64,000 bases of DNA from IMG/VR virus record IMGVR_UViG_3300026680_000001, positions 7,089 through 71,088 of that record. One strand, given 5' to 3'. Below, in pieces: positions 44,795-54,509 of this stretch. The notes beneath the pieces were generated by a model. The model had not been told where the DNA came from. It worked only from the letters and a program-made list of their open reading frames with translations, and made no database searches. The DNA is from a virus. Made by a program: the position numbers and the translations under genes. Each line of letters starts with the position of its first letter. The stretch's first letter is position 1.

Positions 44795-47700
44795 ATGCCC
44801 AACACAGCAGAGCCGTCACTGTCCCCTGAACACGCCGAGCTGCTTCGTCATCACGCCGTGGACTTGGGGGTAGCCGCCGCCGCAGGGGTCCGCTCGGTCC
44901 TGACCCGGGAGGACCTTCCCGAGCCACTTCGTGAGATCGGCTGGATAGCCGACCTGGTTCCCGGGATCGTGTACGTGTGGCGTCACCAAGGGATCACCGA
45001 GTACCAGTTCGCCACTGACGACCGGTCAGACGACCGGCCCAAGTACGCCTTTCGGCCCGGGGCCACACCGGTCCCCAACCAGGTCCGTGAGACCGGCGAC
45101 GGTGGACCGGTGCTCCTTGTGGAGGGCACCAAGCAGCAGTTGGCCGCCGCGTCCTGGGTTGACCAATCATGGTCCGTCTACGGGATCGCCGGGTGTTGGA
45201 GCTGGACCACTGCGGACCTGTCGTTCGTGTCCGACCGTAAAGTGGTGGTCATCTACGACGGGGACGTGACCATCAACCGTCACGTCTGGGACGCGGGAGA
45301 GCGGCTCGCCGAGACACTCCACCTCTACGGTGCTGATATGGTCACCTTCGTCAGGGTTCCGACCACGGGGTCCGACGGCCTCGACGACCTGTTGGGCCGG
45401 ATACCACCCACGCAGCGTGGCTCAGCACTCAAGCGGTTGCTCGACAAGGCCGGCAAGTTGCCCAAGCGGCCGCCACGCCGGCCGGCTGAGTCCGGCAACG
45501 CCTACATCGACCCGGCCAACGGCGGGTTCCAGGTCCGGCGACTGGCCGCAGCGGTCTACGAGCGGTGGCCGATGGCCCTGACCCGGGAGCGCCGGCCGGC
45601 GGTGTACCAGCGCGGCACCTACCGGATGGACGGCACGGCGCTGGTCTCGGCGGTGACCCAGCTCATGGGTGAGCAGTACCGGCCAGCACAGCTGTCGGCC
45701 GTGACCGATGTCCTGGTCGGCACCCTGTACGACGAGGGGATCTTTTTACCGGATCATCTCGACAAACCATTGCTGAACTGCCGGAACGGAATGCTGGATC
45801 TGGAAACCGGAACGCTCTACCCACACGCGCCCAGCTATCTGTCCAGTCTCCAGATCCCCCTTTGCTGGACTCCTGATGCCGAGGCGCCCGTCTACAACGA
45901 ATGGCTGGACCAGGTCCTCGGGGACCAGGCCGAGGATCTGGAAGAAGTCACGGCGTCAATGTTGGACCCGTCCCGAACACCGTCCAAGGCAGTGTTTTTG
46001 TTCGGTCCGTCGAAGTCTGGTAAGTCAACGTACCTACGCCTGATGCGGGCTGTTGCCGGCTCGGCCAATGTCTCGGCTGTGGGACTTCACCAACTGGTCG
46101 TCAACCGGTTCATGGCCGCGATGGTGTACGGCATGATGCTGAACGCCCACGCCGACCTGTCCGCCGCGCATGTCGAGGATGTGTCACTGTTCAAGATGAT
46201 GATCGGTGATGACCTCATCCCAGCCGATCGAAAGTACGGCGGCACGTTCAACTTCGTCAACCAGGCCCTCTTTGCGTTCTCCGCCAATGACCCACCCACG
46301 GTCGGAGAATCCTCGCGGGCCTACGCCGAACGCATCAAGCCGTTCAAGTTCCCGTTCTCGTTCGCCGGTCGGGAGGACCCCACGATCGAGGACCACATCA
46401 TGGCCCATGAACTGGAGGGGGTCCTGGTGCGCTGGGTGGCCGCCTGGCAGCGCCGCCAGCAACGGGGCAGCTGGCACCCCACGGCGCCCGAGGTCCAGCA
46501 CGAGTTCGAGGTGCGCTCGGACCGGGTGCGCCAATGGGTTGACGAGGAAATGATCGTATGGCCGGTCAACGGGACCTACCAGAACCGGGACGAGTGCACC
46601 GTCCCCAGGGACCTGGCCCGTGCGTTCAACCGGTGGGCCGAGGACAACGCCGGCAGCAAGATGGGCGAACGGAAGATCATCGATCGGCTTCGGACCATGC
46701 CCGACGTGGCTGAGGTCCGGCAGCGAGAGACACGGGCGAGGGCACTCAACCTCACCAAGCGACCCCCCGGTGAGAGCGGGGGCAGTTTGCTCGGGCAAAC
46801 TGCCCCCCGATCCGAGCAAACTGCCCACGAATCAGGCCAGGTCACGCCGGATGGGGCAGAAGGGGCAGTTTCGGCCCACCCTACCTATACACTATGTAAA
46901 AAACATGGCCCGGAAGGTCAGGTATTAGAACAAGTAGAAAATACAGAGACCATAGGTAGGGGTGGGCCGAAACTGCCCCTTCTGCCCACGCCCGATCCCG
47001 GCGAACCCGTTAACGATGTTGAAACTGCCCCCGGCCAACGTGTTGATGATGTTGAACCTGCTGCCTCCGCCGACCAACATGACGATCTTGGTCCCGCCCT
47101 GATCGGCCCTGAGTTCACCGCACCCGTTGGGTCAGTCCTTGACTTCGACCTTGAGACCTACGATGCTGGAGACATCTGGCACAGAGGACCAGACTTTGTG
47201 TTCGCCGCCGGCTATCGGGGATCTCAAGATCCCGAGGCACTCCTTACCACTGACATCGATGCCCTGACCCACCAGCTCGCCGCTCCCGGAACGACCGTTC
47301 GTGGACATAACGTCCTGAACTTTGATCTCGTCGCCCTCGCCAGGTATCACGGCCTCGATCAACTTTCGTTGACTTGGCGTGGTGGGGTGGTCGACACCAA
47401 GCTCTTGGCGTTCCTCGCGGACCCACCACCTGCTCGAATGGGATCGGGCGAGTGCGAGAAGCACTACAAGCTCGATGCTGTTGGGCAGCGACTGTTCGGG
47501 GTCGGCAAGCAGGGCACCTTCGCTGACTTGCTTGCCAAGCATAACGGTGACCGGCTGTCACTCCGCCACGACCCTGAATTCGTCGAATATCTCCGGCAGG
47601 ACGTTGCGCTCACGGGTCGGCTTGCGCGGCACTTTGGTACATGGCCATATGCTGAGCGAGAGCATCGAGTGCTTGCTGTGCTATCCCAGATGAGTTTGAA

Positions 47701-48877
47701 TGGATTCCGGGTCGATACCGGACTGCTCAATCAAAGGTATGCCGAGGGTGAGGCGACCAAGGCGCGACTTCAGGAACGACTCGTCACCGAGTATGGGATG
47801 CCAACCGACACCGCGGCCGGGAAACCGGCAAAGTCACCATGGACCACCGCGAAGGGTAAGGCCGCGATCAGCGCCGCGTTCCAGGCCGCGGGTGGACCTC
47901 CGTTGCCGATAAGTCCTAAGGGAAACACCCTTACGAGCAAAACCGTGATGGAAGCACTCGTCGTGCGGTACGAGGATGAGGTACCCGAGGTCGCTCAGCT
48001 CGCTCGGGTCGTGATGGAGTTGCAGGGTGTGCGGTCAATTTATGGAACGGTGTTGGACCATCTCGTGGGTGACCGGGTTCACCCGAAGTTCGACGCCCGT
48101 CAGGCGTCCGGGCGTATCTCCACCATCAACCCCGGCCTGACCGTGATCGGCAAACGGGACGGCCGGGTCCGTGAACGGGAAATTTTCTTACCCGAAGAGG
48201 GTCACGTGATCATCACCGCTGACCTGGCCCAGTGTGACGCGCGTGTCGTGGCGGCACTCTCCCAGGACCACGCGTACATGGACCTGTTCGAGCCTGACGG
48301 GTCCGGGCTCGACCTGTGGTCCCGGTTCGCACTGCGGTTGTTCGGGACCGTGGACAAGCGGGAGTGGGCCAAGTGGATCGGGCACGGGTCCAACTACGGC
48401 CAGGGCGCCGCAGCCATCTCCACAACGTACGGGGTTCCCCGTGACGAGGTGGATCGGTACCTGGCTGAGCGGGCCGAGCAGTTCCCGCGGCTCGCGCGGT
48501 GGACCAACGAGGTCCGGGAACGGGCACGCGCCGGGGACCTGTTGGACAACGGGTGGGGTCGGCTGATGCGCCCCGACCCGCATCGCTACTACACGCAGGG
48601 GCCGGCCCTGATGGGTCAGGGCGGTACCCGTGACGTGATGGCGGAGGGCATGCTTCGGCTCGTGACCGCCGTACCCGAGGTGGCCCCGTTGCTGCGGGCA
48701 ACCGTTCACGACGAGCTGGTCCTATCCGTCCCCGTGGACTGGGCCGACGATGTGGAACGGGTGCTGGTCGAGTGCATGTCGTTCGAGTGGTGCCCACCAG
48801 GCGGCAGCCGACCTATCAAGATCATGGCAGACGTGGGCCAGCGTGGTCAGACCTGGGCGGGGGCATACGCGAAATGA
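44795..48877 (+). CDS. fused replicase: TOPRIM primase-like N-terminus, SF3/D5-like helicase P-loop, family A DNA polymerase C-terminus
   Basis: VLLVEGTKQQ + VIYDGD (TOPRIM E and DxD); Walker A FLFGPSKSGKST; PolA-like motifs IITADLAQCDARV, YGQGAAAIS, VHDELVL; 1360 aa. Confidence 0.8.
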   Translation: MPNTAEPSLSPEHAELLRHHAVDLGVAAAAGVRSVLTREDLPEPLREIGWIADLVPGIVYVWRHQGITEYQFATDDRSDDRPKYAFRPGATPVPNQVRETGDGGPVLLVEGTKQQLAAASWVDQSWSVYGIAGCWSWTTADLSFVSDRKVVVIYDGDVTINRHVWDAGERLAETLHLYGADMVTFVRVPTTGSDGLDDLLGRIPPTQRGSALKRLLDKAGKLPKRPPRRPAESGNAYIDPANGGFQVRRLAAAVYERWPMALTRERRPAVYQRGTYRMDGTALVSAVTQLMGEQYRPAQLSAVTDVLVGTLYDEGIFLPDHLDKPLLNCRNGMLDLETGTLYPHAPSYLSSLQIPLCWTPDAEAPVYNEWLDQVLGDQAEDLEEVTASMLDPSRTPSKAVFLFGPSKSGKSTYLRLMRAVAGSANVSAVGLHQLVVNRFMAAMVYGMMLNAHADLSAAHVEDVSLFKMMIGDDLIPADRKYGGTFNFVNQALFAFSANDPPTVGESSRAYAERIKPFKFPFSFAGREDPTIEDHIMAHELEGVLVRWVAAWQRRQQRGSWHPTAPEVQHEFEVRSDRVRQWVDEEMIVWPVNGTYQNRDECTVPRDLARAFNRWAEDNAGSKMGERKIIDRLRTMPDVAEVRQRETRARALNLTKRPPGESGGSLLGQTAPRSEQTAHESGQVTPDGAEGAVSAHPTYTLCKKHGPEGQVLEQVENTETIGRGGPKLPLLPTPDPGEPVNDVETAPGQRVDDVEPAASADQHDDLGPALIGPEFTAPVGSVLDFDLETYDAGDIWHRGPDFVFAAGYRGSQDPEALLTTDIDALTHQLAAPGTTVRGHNVLNFDLVALARYHGLDQLSLTWRGGVVDTKLLAFLADPPPARMGSGECEKHYKLDAVGQRLFGVGKQGTFADLLAKHNGDRLSLRHDPEFVEYLRQDVALTGRLARHFGTWPYAEREHRVLAVLSQMSLNGFRVDTGLLNQRYAEGEATKARLQERLVTEYGMPTDTAAGKPAKSPWTTAKGKAAISAAFQAAGGPPLPISPKGNTLTSKTVMEALVVRYEDEVPEVAQLARVVMELQGVRSIYGTVLDHLVGDRVHPKFDARQASGRISTINPGLTVIGKRDGRVREREIFLPEEGHVIITADLAQCDARVVAALSQDHAYMDLFEPDGSGLDLWSRFALRLFGTVDKREWAKWIGHGSNYGQGAAAISTTYGVPRDEVDRYLAERAEQFPRLARWTNEVRERARAGDLLDNGWGRLMRPDPHRYYTQGPALMGQGGTRDVMAEGMLRLVTAVPEVAPLLRATVHDELVLSVPVDWADDVERVLVECMSFEWCPPGGSRPIKIMADVGQRGQTWAGAYAK
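46777..47032. other. putative origin of replication embedded in replicase ORF: six copies of GGGCAGTTT/AAACTGCCC, a 12-bp-arm palindrome, and an about 36-bp near-perfect inverted repeat flanking a 62-bp AT-rich spacer
   Basis: Palindrome 46777-46806; inverted-repeat arms 46854-46889 and 46952-46987; AT-rich core 46890-46951; falls in a low-complexity inter-domain linker of the protein. Confidence 0.5.
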
Positions 48878-49020
48878 CGAGTTCAACCAAACCAACCCGA
48901 GCCCAGCTTGTGTCCATGGCCACGTACGGGGATCTGGTCAGAGAGCAGCAAGATCTTGTACGGAGGGCCTGTGCGTGGCGTTGCCACCCACGACAGATCA
49001 TAACAGTGCGCTTACCTTGA
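48874..49020 (+). CDS. small hypothetical protein
   Basis: ATG overlapping replicase stop (ATGA); 48 aa. Confidence 0.25.
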   Translation: MTSSTKPTRAQLVSMATYGDLVREQQDLVRRACAWRCHPRQIITVRLP

Positions 49021-49045
49021 CAATGGGCGACCCGTGTGCAAGGAT
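49017..49045 (+). promoter_or_regulatory. candidate promoter TTGACA-17-AAGGAT giving a leaderless transcript for the 49053 gene
   Basis: Perfect -35 TTGACA (49017-49022); weak -10 (49040-49045); predicted TSS at or next to ATG 49053. Confidence 0.3.
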
Positions 49046-49052
49046 CTTTCCT

Positions 49053-49403
49053 ATGCCAGAGCCAACGTTCGGGGGGATTCACCCCGACAAGGAATCGAAT
49101 GGGTGTGAGTGTGCGATTCTGATGTGCCGGAGGTGTAAGCAGCAGTACGACATCGATGGTGGTATCCGTGCACTTGTCGATCCTGCGGACCTGGTGGGAT
49201 TTAGTGAGGCGGCTGACCTTCTCAAGGTGGCTTATCACACGGTGACCTCGTGGCAGGCTCGCAGTCTGCGCAACGGCTTCCCCGAACCGGTCGTGCACTT
49301 ACGGAACGGTCCCCTGTTTTCACGGAAGGCTATCCGTGCATGGCGAAAACAGTATCAGCCTCGGCGCGGTCGTAAAGTGGCCGTGCGGGAAACGAAGGAG
49401 TAG
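49053..49403 (+). CDS. HTH DNA-binding protein (excisionase/MerR-like)
   Basis: LVGFSEAADLLKVAYHTVTSWQAR HTH; N-terminal CxxC...CxxC. Confidence 0.45.
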   Translation: MPEPTFGGIHPDKESNGCECAILMCRRCKQQYDIDGGIRALVDPADLVGFSEAADLLKVAYHTVTSWQARSLRNGFPEPVVHLRNGPLFSRKAIRAWRKQYQPRRGRKVAVRETKE

Positions 49404-49485
49404 TCGAGCAGGGACGCAAGGGTGAGGCGCAGGAGAGTCCACCAAGCAAGGCAGCGGGCTCAGATATTAGGAGGGCGACGTAACC

Positions 49486-49647
49486 ATGAAACTCTTCGGT
49501 GATCCGCAAGCTGTGGCGGATCACAAAGCAGCCAGAGAAGAACTGGATCGGGTAAGTAGGCGTGACCGCGCTGAGACGGACGATGTCCTGGCGGCCAATC
49601 GTCGAGTGGTTGAAACAGAGCAGAACGTACCATGGTGGCGTCGTTAA
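49486..49647 (+). CDS. small hypothetical protein (53 aa)
   Basis: Strong RBS AGGAGGG 9 nt upstream of ATG; lower-GC region; below ORF-track length cutoff. Confidence 0.4.
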   Translation: MKLFGDPQAVADHKAAREELDRVSRRDRAETDDVLAANRRVVETEQNVPWWRR

Positions 49648-49705
49648 TGCCTCGCGACATGTCGACCTGCTGTTCAAGCGAGCTGGGTAGGGAGGGTGTG
49701 TAGCC

Positions 49706-50239
49706 ATGTATCGGATCATCGGCCCAGCGTCGGCTAGCCGCGAGGCGGTGTGGGCGGCTCTAGCAGATCCGGCACGGAACGTGACACCACTGTTCTTGGA
49801 GCAGATGTTCCCCGTGCTGTGGGTCGTCGCGGAGGACTACGGCATCGACCCCGTGGGGGTCGTGGCCCAGTCCGGCAAAGAGACCGGGTGGGGCAGGTTC
49901 GCGGGCCTCGTCCGCCCGGCGTTCCACAATACGTGCGCGCTCAAGCTGGCCGAGGACCAGCAGGCGATGTTCCCCGGAATCACCGACGGGGACCGCCCAC
50001 TCGCGCACGCGATCTTCCCGAGCTGGTGGGTGGGGGCCGAGGCTCATGTCCAGCACTTGCGGGCCTACGCGGGCTGGCCAGTGTCGTCGACGATCGTTGA
50101 CCCGAGGTACGAGCTGGCACTGTCCCGTACCCCGGACCGGTGGGTCGAGCAGTTCTCCGGGCTCGGTGGTCGGTGGGCGCCGAGCACGACGTACGGCACG
50201 CAGATTGAGACGATCATGGATGAGATCGGCAGAAGGTGA
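49706..50239 (+). CDS. glucosaminidase-family (GH73/FlgJ-like) peptidoglycan hydrolase
   Basis: AQSGKETGWGRFAGLVRPAFHNTCALK resembles the glucosaminidase ESGWG...N-x-FGIK motif. Confidence 0.5.
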   Translation: MYRIIGPASASREAVWAALADPARNVTPLFLEQMFPVLWVVAEDYGIDPVGVVAQSGKETGWGRFAGLVRPAFHNTCALKLAEDQQAMFPGITDGDRPLAHAIFPSWWVGAEAHVQHLRAYAGWPVSSTIVDPRYELALSRTPDRWVEQFSGLGGRWAPSTTYGTQIETIMDEIGRR

Positions 50240-50245
50240 CTGGCC

Positions 50246-51013
50246 GTGTTCGATCGCGTCAACGAGCTGACCAGGCGGCACCTGGCCATCCTCGCGGACG
50301 TGGCCCGTGGCGGCGCCCGGATGACGACCGGAGCGGAGCCAAGCCTGTATGTGGGTACCCGCACGTGCTGTGACCAGGAGGCATTCCGGGTCCTGGTACG
50401 GCTCCACCTGGTGGACGCCTCGGGAATACCGGTTCGTGGCCTGGTGGATGCCCACGTCACCTTGGCGGGGCTGGACGTGATCCTTGACGCGGGTGAGGTT
50501 CGGGTAGCGCGGCAACCGGAGGTGAGGTGGGTGACCGTGGACGGGCTACCATACCCGGCCCCTGACTGGGACTCGTTGGCCCGGCGCTACCGGGCCACGG
50601 TCGGGGCGATGCTGCATGAGGGTCGCGTCGACCCGAGCAAGGACGCATTCCACGCTGAGGCACTCCGGCGGGTGTTCTGTGGAAGTGACGGGCACGTCAT
50701 TCCATCCACCGGGCTGGTCACCGCCGTGGACGCGCATCGGGTGCTGTCCGCGAGCATTGCCTGCGAACGGCAACGACAGGAGCGACTTCAGCTCGATCTC
50801 GCCGAGGCCCGGGCAGTGGCACGCGGTGTGGCGTTGAACACCGCCCGGTGGGTGGTTGAGATCCTTCGTAGGCGGTCCGATGAGGTACGGGCCAAGGTAC
50901 GTCGCGAGGGGGTGCTACTCGCAGCCGGCTGGGTGGAACAGACTGCCCTGGATGGCGGGGATTTGGGCATCGTCAGGCAGGTCGCCAGTCAGCATAGCGG
51001 AGAGGTCAAGTGA
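50246..51013 (+). CDS. hypothetical protein
   Basis: 255-aa ORF. Confidence 0.4.
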   Translation: MFDRVNELTRRHLAILADVARGGARMTTGAEPSLYVGTRTCCDQEAFRVLVRLHLVDASGIPVRGLVDAHVTLAGLDVILDAGEVRVARQPEVRWVTVDGLPYPAPDWDSLARRYRATVGAMLHEGRVDPSKDAFHAEALRRVFCGSDGHVIPSTGLVTAVDAHRVLSASIACERQRQERLQLDLAEARAVARGVALNTARWVVEILRRRSDEVRAKVRREGVLLAAGWVEQTALDGGDLGIVRQVASQHSGEVK

Positions 51014-51204
51014 CCTATGAGAACTGTACGACCACCCCGGTTGGAGCACAAACCGAAACAGCCACGAGAACAAGCAGGACGTGTGGCGAGGAGCATACAG
51101 ACTGTCAATGGCATTCTGAACCGGCAAGCGATGCAGGCGAACGCAAAGGCTCGCCGCCGTGTCCAGAACAAGATGGCGCGACGATCTCGAAGGATGAACC
51201 GGCG

Positions 51205-51810
51205 ATGAGCCTGTTGGCGGACACGGATATCAGGCGGGAATTGGCTTACCCGGACGGACTGTTCCAGGTAGACCCGTTCGAGCCGGCGAACCTACAACCG
51301 GCCAGTCTTGACGTGCGGCTCGCTCCCGGGTTCATCAGTCTGTTGCCCGTAACTAGCGTTCTTGACCTTGATCGGTCAGAGGATGGGTTCTGTGAAATGT
51401 TCTATAGTTCATGTGAGACGCAATGGGTGCTCCATCCAGGAGAGTTCGTGCTCGGGTCCACGGTTGAACAGATAAAGCTGGGCCCTGCCATGGCCGCGCG
51501 GTTGGAGGGCCGGTCGAGTCTAGGCCGGGTGGGGTTGCTCGTCCACTCCACCGCCGGGTGGGTTGATCCGGGCTTCAGGGGAACGCTGACCTTGGAAATC
51601 TTCAACGCCTCACCACGGCCCGTGCGGCTGCGTGCCGGCATGCGCATCGGCCAGTTGTGCTTCTTCCGGTTGGAGTCCCCAGCCAGCCGCCCATACGGGT
51701 CGCCTGGCCTCGGGTCCAAGTATCAGGGCCAGAGCGGTGTCACCCCACGACGAACCAGGGAAGGTACCGATGAAGGTGTATCTCGCGTCCCGGTACAGCC
51801 GCCATGCTGA
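51205..51810 (+). CDS. dcd: dCTP deaminase
   Basis: MSLLADTDIRR start; SLDVRL and GWVDPGFRGTLTLEIFN motifs; C-terminal GSKYQGQSG. Confidence 0.75.
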   Translation: MSLLADTDIRRELAYPDGLFQVDPFEPANLQPASLDVRLAPGFISLLPVTSVLDLDRSEDGFCEMFYSSCETQWVLHPGEFVLGSTVEQIKLGPAMAARLEGRSSLGRVGLLVHSTAGWVDPGFRGTLTLEIFNASPRPVRLRAGMRIGQLCFFRLESPASRPYGSPGLGSKYQGQSGVTPRRTREGTDEGVSRVPVQPPC

Positions 51811-52231
51811 GATGCAGTATATCCGTGACCGGTTGCGGGACTTGGGTCATCATGTCACGTCTCGGTGGATCGATTGCCACACTGACGTGGCTGGGGATTT
51901 CACAGAATCATTCACGAAGGGGTTTCTGAATGAGCACCCCGAGCGTTGTGCGTTACTTGGCCAGCATGACATCGACGACCTCATGGCCGCTGATACTGTC
52001 ATCTCTTTCACTGGACAGGGCGGTAAGGGCGGGCGTCACGTCGAGTTCGGGATCGGTCTGGCAACCGGGAAACGTATGATCATCGTGGGGTCACGGGAGA
52101 ACGTGTTTCACACGCTTCCGCAGGTGGTGTGGTACCGGTCCTGGCCGGAGCTGTTCGCCGATCTGAATGTGCCAGCGACGCCGTGGGACGAGAAGCAGGC
52201 GAGTGTTCCGGGCCAGGAGCACCCGTCGTGA
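51770..52231 (+). CDS. nucleoside 2-deoxyribosyltransferase-like protein
   Basis: MKVYLASRYS start with GGGAAGG RBS; ADTVISFTGQGG...GRHVEFGIGLATGKRMII resembles the Nuc_deoxyrib_tr fold. Confidence 0.5.
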   Translation: MKVYLASRYSRHAEMQYIRDRLRDLGHHVTSRWIDCHTDVAGDFTESFTKGFLNEHPERCALLGQHDIDDLMAADTVISFTGQGGKGGRHVEFGIGLATGKRMIIVGSRENVFHTLPQVVWYRSWPELFADLNVPATPWDEKQASVPGQEHPS

Positions 52232-52575
52232 GTGCGGTCGACATGCTCTCTCCGGAGGCCGCGGGCGCGCTTCGCGACGAGCACGAGAACCCCGGGTGCT
52301 GCGCGTTCTTCGCCTGTCCCGGTCCGGACGTGGAGCCGATCCCGATGGCGACGTGCTCGTTCTGCGGGCTCATGGCTGAGCTTGCGAAGCGTGCTGGCCG
52401 CGAGGTCAAGTCGGCGGACGCGTACTACGCGCGCCTTGATGCTCAGGACGAGAAGCACGAGGGTGAGCCGACACCGGTCCGGGGTGGGCCAGTTGATGTC
52501 CGCTGGGACACTAAGTTGGGGACGTATCGCTGGTGTTACCCGGTACTCACCCCTGATGTGATCAAGTACCGGTGA
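52228..52575 (+). CDS. hypothetical Cys-containing protein
   Basis: GTG overlapping upstream stop (GTGA). Confidence 0.35.
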   Translation: MSAVDMLSPEAAGALRDEHENPGCCAFFACPGPDVEPIPMATCSFCGLMAELAKRAGREVKSADAYYARLDAQDEKHEGEPTPVRGGPVDVRWDTKLGTYRWCYPVLTPDVIKYR

Positions 52576-52579
52576 TGGC

Positions 52580-52843
52580 GTGGCGTACCTGATCCGTACA
52601 CTTCATCGTCACGGCATTGCCCGAGTTCTCAATGTCCGCACCGACAGCACGAGCCGTGAGGGCCACGCACTCATCCAGGTCAAGGCCCACGCTCGTTGGC
52701 TGGCCGGGCGTCTCGCGGTGTGGCGTCTCCGTCACGACACTGTGCATACACCAGTCGTATGGGACAGCGTTCGACCGGTGACCATCGAGCGCCATAGTCG
52801 GTGGACCTGGCACGTTGACCTGTCATTTAAGCGGGGTAGGTGA
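52580..52843 (+). CDS. hypothetical protein
   Basis: 87-aa ORF, GTG start. Confidence 0.3.
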   Translation: MAYLIRTLHRHGIARVLNVRTDSTSREGHALIQVKAHARWLAGRLAVWRLRHDTVHTPVVWDSVRPVTIERHSRWTWHVDLSFKRGR

Positions 52844-53104
52844 AGTAGTGTCAACATCGGATGGGATGTCGGATTCTGATCGGGCGCTGGTCGAGGTGTC
52901 GCTGGCACGGCATGAGGACAGGATGTGCAAGGCCGGGCGATCTTTTTCAGCCGCCCACATCCGGACAGCTGCCGCTGTCCACGGTTTTGTGTGTATGGAG
53001 CCGATCATAGAGTTGATCTAGATGGCTGGCCGTAGGGTCATGAGCGCTGAGCTGGCCGCTGCACTGGAGGCCCCCAAACGGCTAGATATGGAGGGCCGGA
53101 CATC

Positions 53105-53302
53105 GTGATTGAGATAAACGTTGAGGAGACCAACCGGCGGCGGCGGGTGGGCGAGCACGCGTACCTGAGGTGGCACTGTCCAGAGGATGGCCGGGAGCTG
53201 GACGACGCGGCGACCGTTGGCCGGCTCGGGTGTGTGGGGTGTGGCCGTGAGTTCCGGCTCGATGGTAGCCCGGTCCCGGCCTGTGAGGCGGCGTGGCAAT
53301 GA
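53105..53302 (+). CDS. small Cys-rich protein
   Basis: 65-aa ORF; WHCPEDG...CVGCGREF...C. Confidence 0.3.
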   Translation: MIEINVEETNRRRRVGEHAYLRWHCPEDGRELDDAATVGRLGCVGCGREFRLDGSPVPACEAAWQ

Positions 53303-53327
53303 CCGCTCATGTTCGGGGCACCGAAGG

Positions 53328-53963
53328 ATGACGCGGGGGTGTGCCAACACCAGGGTGGGCTGTTCGCGGCCGACGTGCCAGCGTGACGCGCAGACTCGGG
53401 GGATGTGCGAGCAGCACTACCGTCGCCGGGTACGAATGGGGCACTTCCGTTACCGACCGGCGGCACCGGTCCGAGAGCACGTGGACGGGTTGCGGGCCCT
53501 GGGATGGACCTGGCAGCAGACCGCCGACGCCGCTGGGGTCTCGGCTTGGGTGGCGTACCACGTGAGCACTGGACGGACCCACCAAGTGCTGACCGAGTCC
53601 CGAGACGCCCTGCTCGCCGTTCCCCTCGTGCCGAGGGAATCGCATCGTGGTGTCGACTCGACTGGTACCCGGCGCCGGGTCCAGGCATTGGCGTGGATGG
53701 GGTGGCCTGTCAGGGAGGTCGCTGCCATGGCCGGTACCACCGCAGCGACACTGCGGACACTCATTCTCCCCACCAGGCGACCCTCGTACTCACTGGCACG
53801 GCGGGTGGTGGACGTGTACGAGCGGATCTCGCACGTTCCAGGCCCGTCGCGGATCACGGCCGGGAAGGCGCGGGGTCTCGGGTTCGCTCCGCCGTTGGCC
53901 TGGGATGACGAGACCATCGACGACCCGAAGGCAAGGCCGGCAGGTGTCCGTCGTAGTGCGTGA
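53328..53963 (+). CDS. DNA-binding protein with N-terminal Cys motif and two HTH-like repeats
   Basis: ATG 53328 with GAAGG; CANTRVGCSRPTCQRDAQTRGMCEQHYRR; GWTWQQTADAAGVS and GWPVREVAAMAGTT repeats. Confidence 0.4.
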   Translation: MTRGCANTRVGCSRPTCQRDAQTRGMCEQHYRRRVRMGHFRYRPAAPVREHVDGLRALGWTWQQTADAAGVSAWVAYHVSTGRTHQVLTESRDALLAVPLVPRESHRGVDSTGTRRRVQALAWMGWPVREVAAMAGTTAATLRTLILPTRRPSYSLARRVVDVYERISHVPGPSRITAGKARGLGFAPPLAWDDETIDDPKARPAGVRRSA

Positions 53964-54125
53964 CATTACAGCTAACCAGTGGTAGTGTCATGTACATGAC
54001 AAAGAACGAGCGTAAGTCAGAAGCGGACCGGAAGTTCTGGTGCCGACCGGGTGTTACCACCCGGACCCAACCGACTTCGACGAGGCACGGGCAGTAGCTG
54101 TCCAGGACGAGGCGGTGAATGGCTG

Positions 54126-54326
54126 ATGCCCCGCCCAGGACCACGGAAGCCGAACGTCGTGTTGCGGCTCGATCAGGACGACATTGATTGGTTCGATCGG
54201 CGGGCACTGATCGAAGAGTTTACTATCCGCCACGGTGAGCCCAATCGGTCGGAGGTCATGCGCCTTGCCCTGTGCTATGCCCGTCGGCATATGCCGGTGG
54301 GGTGGCGGCCGGGTCGCGGTGTGTGA
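54126..54326 (+). CDS. ribbon-helix-helix (CopG-like) protein
   Basis: VVLRLDQDDIDWFDRRA...SEVMRLAL pattern of RHH fold; GAGG RBS. Confidence 0.45.
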   Translation: MPRPGPRKPNVVLRLDQDDIDWFDRRALIEEFTIRHGEPNRSEVMRLALCYARRHMPVGWRPGRGV

Positions 54327-54509
54327 GGGGTGCGACGTGACGAAAGCGTGGAAGGCCACACCCGTGGCTACGGGTGTGGGGCTATGACTGAGGACGAGCC
54401 GTACTCAGTAGCTCAGACGAGCCATCCCCGGCTACGCTCGATGCCGCCGAACGGACACTGATCGCCGGTCGGTTCGTTGCCCGGTAGGTGCTGGTAGGGG
54501 TGGTGTTCC

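Noticed and set aside
49330-49719. A 129-aa minus-strand ORF
   Set aside because: It lies in a low-GC regulatory region, overlaps a well-supported small plus-strand gene with a strong RBS, and its translation is not protein-like.
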